A stretch of DNA of 49,859 nucleotides from a virus. Shown here in pieces: positions 23,355 to 32,751 of the stretch. Where the stretch lies: IMG/VR virus record IMGVR_UViG_3300048791_000020, one strand, 5' to 3'. The notes under the pieces are model-generated. The model did not search any database. It was not told where the DNA came from and saw nothing but the letters and a program-made list of their open reading frames with translations. Within the stretch, counting starts at the first letter, position 1. Each line of letters opens with the position of its first letter. A program made the translations under genes and the position numbers.

Positions 23355-23393
23355 GGCGGGCGGTCTGCAAAGATTGCCCGCTTTTTGTTTTTT
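23355..23393 (+). terminator. Rho-independent terminator after the lysis cassette
   Basis: GCGGGC (23356-23361) pairs with GCCCGC (23376-23381), followed by TTTTTGTTTTTT. Confidence 0.65.
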
Positions 23394-23410
23394 CAAGGTA
23401 TTATTCCGGT

Positions 23411-23824
23411 ATGGAAGAGAGAGATTACAAATTAGCGTTCGCTAAGTTGCTTCAGCGGCTCTCTAAAGATTTGCGTTCTCTTCCTCAACCGCTCATTGCC
23501 AAGGAAATTGTTGGCAAGGAACAAACTGAACTGTATCCGCAATACGTTTTGCGGATCGCTGAAGAATGGATTCATGATGAAGTTGTTCTTGCTGAAGTTG
23601 ACCGGCTGGACAGATTGCCGATTGAACGCGAAGTTGTGATTCAAAACTTGTATCAAATCGCAACTGGCTTAACCGTTCCTTATGTTGATCGTGTTCGCGC
23701 ATTTTCTGAAATCGGCAAGATCATGGGTTGGGGTCTTGTCAAGAAAGATGATGGAACCGAATTTACTGATCGCATGAAAGAACTTTCTGAAATGGTTCTT
23801 GGTTCGCCAAATGGCACAGTATAG
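23411..23824 (+). CDS. Putative small terminase subunit (position-based)
   Basis: 137 aa, immediately upstream of and overlapping the large terminase. No diagnostic motif. Confidence 0.4.
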   Translation: MEERDYKLAFAKLLQRLSKDLRSLPQPLIAKEIVGKEQTELYPQYVLRIAEEWIHDEVVLAEVDRLDRLPIEREVVIQNLYQIATGLTVPYVDRVRAFSEIGKIMGWGLVKKDDGTEFTDRMKELSEMVLGSPNGTV

Positions 23825-25058
23825 CGAGAAATCAATCAAGTTTATTAGAAAGCGTCCACAAGAAGACGCTTTTATCAATATTTTGGAAGGTGCGGTTCGT
23901 TCTAGTAAGAACTGGACGATGATACCGAAGATTGCCTTCGCATTGGATACCTACAAAGTTGAAGGCGAACGGGTGATGTTTGGAGTTTCGAAAGATACTC
24001 TTTATCACAACGTTTTGAATGATCTTTTCAACTTCTATGGAACCAAGAATTATTCTTACAATCGAATGACCGGGGAACTTTGGTTAGGCAACACTAAATG
24101 GCGGGTTGTTGGGGCCAAAGATGAAGGATCGGAAAAATATATTCGCGGTTCAACGGTTGGCGTTGCTTACGGCGATGAACTTATCAAAATTCCAAAATCG
24201 TTTTTTGAAATGATGCTTTCCAGAATGTCCCCGGAAGGCGCTCGCCTGTACGGAACAACTAATCCAGATAATCCTTTCCACTATATCAATAAAGACTACA
24301 TTACAAATGTTGAAAAGAAAGCGAGCGGGTTAGTATGGTCTAAAAAGTTCATGCTTCGTGATAACTTGTCTTTATCCGAAGCCAAGATTCTTCAATTTGA
24401 AACAATGTTCAAGGGTGTATTTAAGAAAAGAAACATTGATGGCATTTGGTGCGTTGCTGAAGGTGCGATTTATAAAGACTCTTATAGTGATGAACTTCTT
24501 TATGACGATACAACCCGGCCTTTGGGGTTGGGTAATTCAGGCGGCTTCGTTGAAAAGTTCATTGCTATTGATTATGGTACTGGAAACCCAACTGTATTTT
24601 TGTTGATCATTGACGATGGAACAACTTATTGGGTTGATCAAGAATACTATTGGGATTCAAGGGAAACGACAGTTCAAAAAACCGATGGGCAATACATTGA
24701 AGATTTAATTCAATTTCGCGATAGCTTTGGCCCCCAAGCGCAAGCGATTGTTGATCCTTCAGCAGCAAGCTTGAAAGCTGAAATGAATTTGAAAGGTGTT
24801 TGGCATTGTGACGCCGATAACGATGTTGAAAACGGAATCAGAAATACTTCTAGCATGTTGGCACAAAAAAAGATTAGGATACATGAGCGTTGTGTTAAAC
24901 TCCGGGCTGAATTGGAGTCTTATGCGTGGAATCCTAAGAAGCAATTGGTTGGGGAAGATGAACCGTTGAAGATCAATGATCATGCCCCGGATGCGTTACG
25001 GTATTTTGTTCAAACCAAAGTACCGGCGTGGCGGGTCACTCTTGCTTTAGCGGCGTAA
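23811..25058 (+). CDS. terL: Terminase large subunit
   Basis: Walker-A-like LEGAVRSSKN, Walker B VAYGDE. Nuclease motifs AIDYGTGNP, DPSAASL, NDHAPDALRY. Confidence 0.85.
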   Translation: MAQYSEKSIKFIRKRPQEDAFINILEGAVRSSKNWTMIPKIAFALDTYKVEGERVMFGVSKDTLYHNVLNDLFNFYGTKNYSYNRMTGELWLGNTKWRVVGAKDEGSEKYIRGSTVGVAYGDELIKIPKSFFEMMLSRMSPEGARLYGTTNPDNPFHYINKDYITNVEKKASGLVWSKKFMLRDNLSLSEAKILQFETMFKGVFKKRNIDGIWCVAEGAIYKDSYSDELLYDDTTRPLGLGNSGGFVEKFIAIDYGTGNPTVFLLIIDDGTTYWVDQEYYWDSRETTVQKTDGQYIEDLIQFRDSFGPQAQAIVDPSAASLKAEMNLKGVWHCDADNDVENGIRNTSSMLAQKKIRIHERCVKLRAELESYAWNPKKQLVGEDEPLKINDHAPDALRYFVQTKVPAWRVTLALAA

Positions 25059-25070
25059 CGAAAGGAAACG

Positions 25071-26534
25071 ATGATCAACCATAACTTCATGGATCGTTAC
25101 AAGACGTTTGCTAGTGCTGTTTTTAATGTAGGCAAAGATTCAATTGCTGAGGATGCATTTAGCAATCCAATTGCTAGGATGGGTTACGGAACGCCTTCAG
25201 TTGCCGAAGGTGTTGATTACATTCTTAATCGTTGGACTAATGATTATTGGTTAATGATTACTTTATTTCGCAATCATTGGATACCGCGAAAAGTTATTGA
25301 AATTCCCGCTAAAGATATGGTTAAAGCTTGGCCCCGGCTAAACTGTAAGTTGACGCCTGATCAAATTGCGGATTTTGATCGGACCATCAAACGAACTTTG
25401 ACACCGAAAAAGATCAAGCGCTCGATTACATGGGCGCGGTTGTTTGGCGGTGCGGGCGCTTTAATGGTGATCAAGGGTCATGAAAATATTCTTGACAAAC
25501 CTTTGAAGCTGGACGATATAAATCCAGATTCTTACAAGGGTTTAATTGTGTTTGATCGTTGGAGCGGCATAACTCCAATTGGAAATGAACAACAAGATGT
25601 TGAATCGCCTTTGACTTTTGGATTGCCTGAATTCTACGGCGTTCATGGTCAGAATGGAAACGAAAAACTTTTTGATATTCATGCTTCGCGCATTCTTCGT
25701 TTTACCGGGCCGGATGTTCCAACGCCTGAACATGAAGCCAATCAATATTGGGGGATCAGTGTTCTTGAATTGGTAATGGAAGAAATGCGGAAACGCGATA
25801 ATGCATCATGGTCAATTCTTCAATTACTGTTTAGAGCGCAGGTTATGACGCAGGTTAACCCGGAATTGGCGCAAATGTTGAGCGGAGCAACATCCGGGGG
25901 AGCGGCTTTAACGAAGTTCGCGCAAACATATCAAGCGCAAAACGAATTGCTTTCCAATCAATCGATGTTGATTCTTGGCAAAGAAGGTAAACTTGAATCA
26001 CATCAATACACATTTGGTGGAATTGCAGATGTACTAGATCGTTTTGAAATTGCGGTTGCTGCTTCTTCAACTCCATCTATTCCATATTCAAAGTTATTCG
26101 GAAAGAATTCAAGCGGTTTGGACAATAGCAACGATGCCGATGAACGCAACTATGAAGAAGCGATTGCACAAGCACAAAGCGATGATTTGGAACCACAGTT
26201 AATGCAACAACTGTATCCAGTCATTTGTATGAGCGAATTCGGGGACGTTCCGGACGATTTAGATATTACTTGGCCTTCAATTCGTGTGTTAACCGAAGAA
26301 GACAAAGTTAAACTTTCCAAAGATGGGACAGAAGCTATTCTTGCTCCGTTCAATGCCGGTGTTACTTCGCAACAATTGACATTGAAAGAATTGAAGCAGC
26401 TTGGCGACAAAACAGAAATCATGACAAACGTAACGGATAAAATGATTGATGAAGCGGACGATAAACCGCAAGCACCAATTGAAGTTGAGCAAGGCGAAGC
26501 AAGGGCTGGAACAGCGGAGTTTGAAGAAAAATGA
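25071..26534 (+). CDS. Portal protein
   Basis: 487 aa, directly after terL, acidic C-terminus; the pattern resembles DUF1073-type portals. Confidence 0.75.
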   Translation: MINHNFMDRYKTFASAVFNVGKDSIAEDAFSNPIARMGYGTPSVAEGVDYILNRWTNDYWLMITLFRNHWIPRKVIEIPAKDMVKAWPRLNCKLTPDQIADFDRTIKRTLTPKKIKRSITWARLFGGAGALMVIKGHENILDKPLKLDDINPDSYKGLIVFDRWSGITPIGNEQQDVESPLTFGLPEFYGVHGQNGNEKLFDIHASRILRFTGPDVPTPEHEANQYWGISVLELVMEEMRKRDNASWSILQLLFRAQVMTQVNPELAQMLSGATSGGAALTKFAQTYQAQNELLSNQSMLILGKEGKLESHQYTFGGIADVLDRFEIAVAASSTPSIPYSKLFGKNSSGLDNSNDADERNYEEAIAQAQSDDLEPQLMQQLYPVICMSEFGDVPDDLDITWPSIRVLTEEDKVKLSKDGTEAILAPFNAGVTSQQLTLKELKQLGDKTEIMTNVTDKMIDEADDKPQAPIEVEQGEARAGTAEFEEK

Positions 26535-27379
26535 ATTCTCCGTTCCATCGGCCAACTCGATTTGAATTGATCTATCAGCGAGAAATTCGCCGGTTGATAG
26601 ATCAATATTTTATGTTTCCAACAAGTTCAACGTTAGGCGAGCTAAACGCTCGATTGGTGGAATTCGCACAAGCGCGAAATTTTATTCAAGGCTCTGCCCA
26701 TCGTCTAGCAACGAATATGATTACAATGGTTGCGAATGGGAACAGCCGAAGTTGGCAAGCGGCAGCAACGAAAGCGAGCAAGGGACGGCTTATTTATTCG
26801 ATGTTGCAGAACGAATTGAAAGGACCGCTTGGCATTCGTTTGCATTCTTTAATTCAGGAAAATATTCAATATATTACAACTTTGCCGGAAGACATTGCGG
26901 AACGTTCGGTTCACTTCATACAGCGCGAACAATTGAAGGGAAGGCGCTCTGAAGATATTGTTAAAGACATTCGCCCATTCATGCAACATTTGAAAGAATA
27001 TCAAGTTCAACGACTTGCAAGAACTGAAGTTGCTAAAGCCGATACCGCAATAACTCGCGTTCGTGCTGAATCAATTGGTTTGAATTGGTACGAATGGCAA
27101 ACAAGCGAAGACGCTAGGGTTAGAAAATCACATGCAAAGATGAATCATGTTCTAGTTAACTTCGATGATCCCCCGGCCCCCGAACAATTGATTGGACAAA
27201 AAAGCGAAGGCCATTACAACGCCGGAAACATTTACAATTGTCGTTGCCCCGCTTTGCCTGTACTTTCATTGAATCTTCTACAATGGCCGCATAAAGTTTA
27301 TTCACAAGGGCGAATTTCCGTAATGAGCAAAAAACAATTCTTGCTTGTTTCCGGTTTGCCGCTTCAGCTTGTGGCATGA
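26531..27379 (+). CDS. Mu gpF-like / SPP1 gp7-like head morphogenesis protein
   Basis: LARTEVAKA ... WQTSEDARVRKSHAKMN ... YNCRC motif set. Confidence 0.8.
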   Translation: MNSPFHRPTRFELIYQREIRRLIDQYFMFPTSSTLGELNARLVEFAQARNFIQGSAHRLATNMITMVANGNSRSWQAAATKASKGRLIYSMLQNELKGPLGIRLHSLIQENIQYITTLPEDIAERSVHFIQREQLKGRRSEDIVKDIRPFMQHLKEYQVQRLARTEVAKADTAITRVRAESIGLNWYEWQTSEDARVRKSHAKMNHVLVNFDDPPAPEQLIGQKSEGHYNAGNIYNCRCPALPVLSLNLLQWPHKVYSQGRISVMSKKQFLLVSGLPLQLVA

Positions 27380-27404
27380 TTTGTAGGTATCGGGGGGAAT
27401 CGAA

Positions 27405-27947
27405 ATGAGAAAACGTTACTGGTTTGCAATTGGGTTTGCTTTGTTGATTGCAATTGGAGTTGGGGCGCAAGGCGGTTTTCTTTCGGGCGCTTACTTCGTC
27501 AATCCAACTGTTCTTGGAACCATCCCAGAATGTTCTCAATTTAGCGGTGGACTTTGCGTTTACTCGCCTTCGGGGTTGGTTGACAACGGAACGATTCTTA
27601 CCTACAAGGGCGTTCAGATTGCAAGTGCAACCGGGGCTGTAACTCAAATCACACCCGGAACAAATGTTTCCGTTTCTCCATCTGGGGGAACTGGAAATGT
27701 TACGGTGAACGCCGCAACGCAAGTGTTCAAAGGAAGTTTAACATTTACAGTGGCAACAACCGATGTTGCTACAGTGACCGGGGCAACATCTTCTTCTCAT
27801 TGCACATTTTCACCAACAAACCTTACGGCGGCGGCTGATATATTGGCGGATTTCATTTCAACCAAAGCAACAAACGCTATAACTATAACTCATTCCGCAA
27901 CAACTGCGAGCGGCGGAACTTTGGACATTCTTTGCACCGTTAACTAA
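27405..27947 (+). CDS. Signal-peptide/TM-anchored protein with fibre-like beta motifs, embedded in the head module
   Basis: MRKRYWFAIGFALLIAIGVGAQGG..., then ITPGTNVSVSPSGGTGNVTVNA. Confidence 0.5.
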   Translation: MRKRYWFAIGFALLIAIGVGAQGGFLSGAYFVNPTVLGTIPECSQFSGGLCVYSPSGLVDNGTILTYKGVQIASATGAVTQITPGTNVSVSPSGGTGNVTVNAATQVFKGSLTFTVATTDVATVTGATSSSHCTFSPTNLTAAADILADFISTKATNAITITHSATTASGGTLDILCTVN

Positions 27948-27955
27948 GGGCGGCA

Positions 27956-29356
27956 ATGTTAGCTTATTACGGCGTTAAACTTTCCGATAATTGGATTGAA
28001 ACACCCGAAGGCTATGTAGTCTTCAAGAACGCCGTTATTGCTCGCACTGGATTTCAAAAATATAAGTTGAAAGAGATTGATGAAGGGGAACGCCAATCGC
28101 AAAAAATTCTTGGTGATCCTGAAGAAGAAGTTGAATTGCTTAGGACGCCAGAAGAAGTTTTCAATCCCCGCACCATTGCAAGCTTCGAAACCAAATCGGT
28201 AACGGATGGGCATCCGGATCAACTTCTTAATGTTGATACCGTTCGGGAACACGAAAAAGGGCAAATCACCAATGTTCGCCGGGGTGCTGAAGCGCTAGAA
28301 TCGGGTGATTTTCCCTTGCTTGCTGATTTGATCGTGAAGGATAGATTTCTCATCGAAAAAATAAAAGCTGGACTTCGGGAGTTATCTTGTGGATACAATT
28401 ATCATGTTTTAAGGCAAGGCGATTCGCTCTTGCAAGTTGACATAGTTGGTAATCATGTTGCCATTGTCAACGCTGGCAGAGCGGGGCCGGAAGCTTCAAT
28501 TCAAGATTCGTTGGAACCTACTTCAACAGGAAACGGAGTGTTCGATATGTCAAAGTTCATTGATGGCCTTTTGGGTAGGACAACGAGAAAAACTCAAATT
28601 CAGAGTTGGGCGGCAACGGCGAAGCCTGAAGACGTTGCGACGGCGATGGATGCAATGGCCGAAGAATTGGAAAAGAAGAAGGAAGGGGCCGATGCCCGCG
28701 ATGAATCCATGCACAAAGCCGGATGCAATAACAACGATTGCAAAGGCTGCAAGGATGAAAAACCCGCCAACGATGCCAAGGCGGTTGATCGCAAGCGTTT
28801 TCATGATGCGTTGGATCGCATGTTGGATGGCAAGGAAGAAGAAATGAACGCTCAAGACGCTGATATGGAATCTTTGAAAGCAATGTTCACCGGTGGCGAA
28901 GGTGGCAAAGGCGAAGATGAAACCGTTGCGGGCGAGCAAACGGGCGATGAAATGCCGGAAGACGGCGGGATTGAATCCGGCAAAGATGCGATTGAAGCTT
29001 TGACCATTGAACCGGGCGACCGTCCGGAGTCAACTGGAACGGGAACGGATTCAGCGGCGCTCCTGAAGGCAAGGAAAGAAGGCGCGAACGCTGCATTCAA
29101 AGCGATGAAGCCATTTATTGCAGCAACCAAAAACGAAACAACAATTGGCGCGTTTGATACCGCCGTTAAAACAGTCAATGGCGGACTGACGGCGGGCGGA
29201 ACCGCTGGCAAGGGCGGTTATGGAGCAGTTCAAAAGGCGGCGGCTTCAACAGGCAAAGATGCTTTGGATCAGAAAGCCAAAAATGAAGCGGCTTCGAAGA
29301 AATTTCAGACTGAAGTTGTGGACGCTTACGCGGCTCGTCGCAATCAACGTAACTAA
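27956..29356 (+). CDS. DUF2213-like head scaffold/maturation protein with acidic low-complexity C-terminal half
   Basis: VTDGHP ... LRELSCGY ... IVGNHVAIVNAGRAG; located between the portal/MuF genes and the capsid gene. Confidence 0.55.
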   Translation: MLAYYGVKLSDNWIETPEGYVVFKNAVIARTGFQKYKLKEIDEGERQSQKILGDPEEEVELLRTPEEVFNPRTIASFETKSVTDGHPDQLLNVDTVREHEKGQITNVRRGAEALESGDFPLLADLIVKDRFLIEKIKAGLRELSCGYNYHVLRQGDSLLQVDIVGNHVAIVNAGRAGPEASIQDSLEPTSTGNGVFDMSKFIDGLLGRTTRKTQIQSWAATAKPEDVATAMDAMAEELEKKKEGADARDESMHKAGCNNNDCKGCKDEKPANDAKAVDRKRFHDALDRMLDGKEEEMNAQDADMESLKAMFTGGEGGKGEDETVAGEQTGDEMPEDGGIESGKDAIEALTIEPGDRPESTGTGTDSAALLKARKEGANAAFKAMKPFIAATKNETTIGAFDTAVKTVNGGLTAGGTAGKGGYGAVQKAAASTGKDALDQKAKNEAASKKFQTEVVDAYAARRNQRN

Positions 29357-29410
29357 AAGTTCAATGAAGTAACGCTTCATTCAACAGCAACGCATTTCAA
29401 TTGAAGGGGA

Positions 29411-30277
29411 ATGATCATGAGCGCTGGCGGCTTCGGTACAGCAATTCCTGTTTTGTCGTTGAACAATGGATTTCCCGGCAACATTTCCCGCGTTGGCGAG
29501 CGCGTCATTCATGCAAGGCAGGTATTGCCTTCAACACCGAACGCAATCCTTTTTGGTCAAGGTTGCGTGATCGTTCCCGATTCGACAGGCGGAACGATTC
29601 AAAGCATTGCTGATTTCATCGCGGGCGGCGGAATTTTTCTTGCTTCCTTGTTCGCGGGCATTGCGGTTCGCAACGTCAAAACGAATTTGAATTTTTCAAC
29701 ATTGGGCAACGTTGGCAATCAAACGCCGTACTTTGGAAGCTTCGCACCGGGCACCATTGGCGGCTTGCTTGAACGCGGTTCGGTTGATGTTTCAATTGCG
29801 AACGGGCAACCCGTTTCCCAAGGGCAGGTTTATACCCGGCTTGCGCTAAACGGCGCAATTCCAGCGGGAACCGTTGGTGACTTTGAGGCAGTTCCAGACG
29901 GAAGTATTGTTGGGGCTGCTGGTAGCAATACAGGCAACGGCACGATTACCGGGCTGGCAATTGGTTCGAACGCAACGGCTCAAGTTTACACTGTGACGTT
30001 TACAAGTGGAACGGCGTACAAGGTAACGGATGCCAACGGTAACATCATTGGAACCGGAACCATTGTTGCAACTGCAACTCACACTTCCAAGTTCAACAAC
30101 GGAACAGTTGCGTTCACCCTCACCGAAGGTTCGGTTGTGTTCATTACAAACGATTCTTTCACTGTGACGGTTTCGGCGTTGCTTACCGTTGCTCTACCCG
30201 GCGTTGTTTTCACAACCGGGGTGATTGACGGAAACGGCGTTGCGGAAATCACCCTCAAACAGAGAGTTGCCGCCTAA
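29411..30277 (+). CDS. Head decoration/cement-like structural protein (position-based)
   Basis: SD GAAGGGGA (ATG 29411 or 29417); precedes the capsid gene. Central beta-rich insert YTVTFTSGTAYKVTDANGNIIGTG. Confidence 0.35.
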   Translation: MIMSAGGFGTAIPVLSLNNGFPGNISRVGERVIHARQVLPSTPNAILFGQGCVIVPDSTGGTIQSIADFIAGGGIFLASLFAGIAVRNVKTNLNFSTLGNVGNQTPYFGSFAPGTIGGLLERGSVDVSIANGQPVSQGQVYTRLALNGAIPAGTVGDFEAVPDGSIVGAAGSNTGNGTITGLAIGSNATAQVYTVTFTSGTAYKVTDANGNIIGTGTIVATATHTSKFNNGTVAFTLTEGSVVFITNDSFTVTVSALLTVALPGVVFTTGVIDGNGVAEITLKQRVAA

Positions 30278-30338
30278 GCATTTCGGCGGTGTTGAAGTTG
30301 GATCGAAAGCAAATTATCGAAAGGTAGGAATTGCAATT

Positions 30339-31352
30339 ATGATCAGGCGAGCGGGGAACGGGAGTGTTGCTTTTGATTCAGCTTCATCGGGTTCATTTGC
30401 CTTTCTGAACGCACAACTCGAATTGATGTTGCCGGATTTGGTCAAACCGCTTTCAAGTATGACCCATCCCCGCGACATTACTGTGAAATTTGGCGGGGGT
30501 TTCCCAGATTATTTGACCGCCTATGCTTCGGACTTCGGAACAACGGGCGGCAATCAATACGGCCTTCAGGATACCAACAACACCGATATTCCTGAAGTGC
30601 AAGTGAATTTGATCAAAGGCGTTTGGCAAACTTGGCTTTGGGGTCAAGGCTTCACCATTACCGTTCTTGACACAGAGAAACTTGCGACAGCGGCTCGCAC
30701 CGGCCAACCGGCTCCATTCTCTTTGAACGCATTGCTTGAAGAAGGCGTTCAGGAAGTTTGGAACAAGGCAATGGAAGTTGTTTGCTACAACGGTTGGTTG
30801 GGTCAACCCGGATTGTTGAACAACACGAACATTACTTCAGCGCTTGCCCCGGCAACCGGAACGGGCGCTTCGCGGCTCTGGAGTACCAAAACCCCGCTTC
30901 AGATTCAATACGATGTGAACGGCGCTTTGGCGGCTGCAATTGGTCAAGCTGTTTACGCGAACGCAGCGTATCCGGATTCATGCTTGATTGATTACAACGC
31001 TTTCAACACTCTGTTCCAACCGTTTGTTCTTGGCACCGTTGGCGGTTATCAGAGCGTTGGCGCTTACATCGAAGCCAACAACATTGCGAAGGCTTCTGGC
31101 GTTGATTTCAAATTCAAGCCGGTTGCGAATCCTTGGATTTCAACTCAAGGCGCGGGCGGCACCGGGCGGGCTTGCTTCTATCGGAATGATGAAAAGAACG
31201 TTTTGATTCGCGCACCGCAACCGGCTCGCAAGGTTTTCACCATTCCAACAACCGACAAGGGCGGCGCTTACGTTACGCTGTTCAATGGCTGCATTGGACA
31301 GGTTCAGTTCCTTCGGGGTCAATCCTTCTATTACCTTGACGGAATTTCCTAA
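30339..31352 (+). CDS. Major capsid protein (DUF2184/HK97-fold-like)
   Basis: ATG 30339 after AAGGTAGG; 337 aa; followed by a hairpin. Position and pattern (..GQPGLLNN..) fit DUF2184-type capsid proteins. Confidence 0.7.
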   Translation: MIRRAGNGSVAFDSASSGSFAFLNAQLELMLPDLVKPLSSMTHPRDITVKFGGGFPDYLTAYASDFGTTGGNQYGLQDTNNTDIPEVQVNLIKGVWQTWLWGQGFTITVLDTEKLATAARTGQPAPFSLNALLEEGVQEVWNKAMEVVCYNGWLGQPGLLNNTNITSALAPATGTGASRLWSTKTPLQIQYDVNGALAAAIGQAVYANAAYPDSCLIDYNAFNTLFQPFVLGTVGGYQSVGAYIEANNIAKASGVDFKFKPVANPWISTQGAGGTGRACFYRNDEKNVLIRAPQPARKVFTIPTTDKGGAYVTLFNGCIGQVQFLRGQSFYYLDGIS

Positions 31353-31377
31353 ATCATCCTCTAGTTGAGGAAAATTT

Positions 31378-31401
31378 GAAGGGGCTGGCAACGGCCCCTT
31401 C
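31378..31401 (+). terminator. Hairpin after the capsid gene (attenuating terminator candidate)
   Basis: GAAGGGGC-TGGCAACG-GCCCCTTC, a perfect 8-bp stem with a weak U tract. Confidence 0.45.
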
Positions 31402-31426
31402 TTCAGTATTCAATGAGGAATTAACA

Positions 31427-31786
31427 ATGCAGATTATTTGCCGCAAGAAACTTCATTTTCAGGATCATGAAATCGTTCACAATTCTGTAACGAATGAAAA
31501 AACTGCGATTCTGAAACGTCAAACTGTTGTTTCGCCAAGCGTCAACCCGCAGGAAGTTCCGGATTGGATTAAGACGGATGATTTATTTCGTCTTTGTGTT
31601 GAAGACGGATCAATTACCATTGTTCAGGTTCTTTCAACTCCAAAGAAGAAAACAGCCGCAAACGCCGCGCCAAAGACTGAAGAAACAAAACCCAAGGAAG
31701 CTGATCCAAATTCAGGTTGGGGAGCGAAACCGGGGGCTGGATTGCCGAACGGCAACGACATTGGAAGTGGCGGAACAACGGCTTAA
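31427..31786 (+). CDS. Hypothetical head-associated protein (119 aa)
   Basis: GAGGA SD plus ATG 31427 inside listed ORF 31376..31786. Confidence 0.5.
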   Translation: MQIICRKKLHFQDHEIVHNSVTNEKTAILKRQTVVSPSVNPQEVPDWIKTDDLFRLCVEDGSITIVQVLSTPKKKTAANAAPKTEETKPKEADPNSGWGAKPGAGLPNGNDIGSGGTTA

Positions 31787-31809
31787 TCGAACGCGAAGGA
31801 TTGGGCCAA

Positions 31810-32739
31810 ATGGCTTGGCAAAACCTTGATCAATTCATTCAAGAATGTTGGGGCTGGAGTAACGAGAGCAGTGCCGGTTTAGCTCTCATTGGTTCAGCCT
31901 CAAATGTTCTTGTTGGCGATAATCCGCCTTATTCCGTTTCAGACTTCCTAAGCTATCACCCGCAGTTCGCCGGATGCGCCACAAGGGTGCAAGGAACGAT
32001 TGACGGGGCAACAGGCAACGTCTTGAATCTTTCGAGCGTTGCGGGCCTTGCTATAGGGCAGCTAGTGACCGGGCCGGGTGTTCAGGTCGGCTCCCTGATC
32101 GAGAGTTTGACGCCGGGGCCGCTGATCCTTACAGCAACGACCGTTGCCGGGAACGCTAACATTACCGTTCCTAGCACATCCGGGGTTATTGTAGGCAAGC
32201 CTATTTCCGGGGCCGGAATTCTATCCAACACAACTGTTCTTGCGGCTATTGGAAACACAATTACAATGTCCAATAACGCAACTGCAAATGGTTCAAACGT
32301 TGCGGTTCAAATTGGCTTGAACCCATCGATGATTCTTTCGTTGCCTACAACTGAAGTTGGAACGGTTTATGTTAATGTTTTCACAACGCCAATGATTCCG
32401 GCTCTTGTGATGAAGGCTTACATTTACCTTGCATCGGCACAAATTCAATCTAAAAGATGGTGCGAGTTGTGGCCTTTTGCAATGGGGCTTCTAATTGCTC
32501 ATAATTGCGAACTATTCATTAAAGCTTATGCGGGTGGGCCGGGTTCTTCTATGGCTCGCGTTGCTGAAGCTGGATTGGCGCTTGGGGTTAAGACTTCAAA
32601 AAGCGCGGGGGATGTTTCGGCAGGAATGACAGCGTTACCGGGGTTGGAAGATTGGGGATCGTATCAATTAACATTGTATGGACAACAGTTTGCAACATTT
32701 GCAAAGGCGATTGGTTCCGGCAATATGTTGTTTCTGTGA
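31810..32739 (+). CDS. Head-tail adaptor (DUF4054-like) carrying a ~95-aa internal insertion of two tandem modules
   Basis: The ends match the DUF4054 pattern (FLSYHPQF ... RWCELWPFAMGLLIAHNCEL). The insert at 32029-32313 is two ~47-aa repeats. Confidence 0.5.
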   Translation: MAWQNLDQFIQECWGWSNESSAGLALIGSASNVLVGDNPPYSVSDFLSYHPQFAGCATRVQGTIDGATGNVLNLSSVAGLAIGQLVTGPGVQVGSLIESLTPGPLILTATTVAGNANITVPSTSGVIVGKPISGAGILSNTTVLAAIGNTITMSNNATANGSNVAVQIGLNPSMILSLPTTEVGTVYVNVFTTPMIPALVMKAYIYLASAQIQSKRWCELWPFAMGLLIAHNCELFIKAYAGGPGSSMARVAEAGLALGVKTSKSAGDVSAGMTALPGLEDWGSYQLTLYGQQFATFAKAIGSGNMLFL

Positions 32740-32751
32740 AAGGGGGTTAAC

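Noticed and set aside
25492-25522. CTTGACA followed by GATATAAA inside the portal gene (possible internal promoter).
   Set aside because: Spacing to a good -10 is 19 nt, and the element lies within a well-supported coding region. This is insufficient evidence.
28446-29233. Several ORFs inside the scaffold gene, both alternative-frame plus-strand and antisense.
   Set aside because: They are embedded in the acidic low-complexity half of 27956..29356, whose frame is supported by the DUF2213-like N-terminal domain. Their products are repetitive R/K/W or S/P-rich junk.
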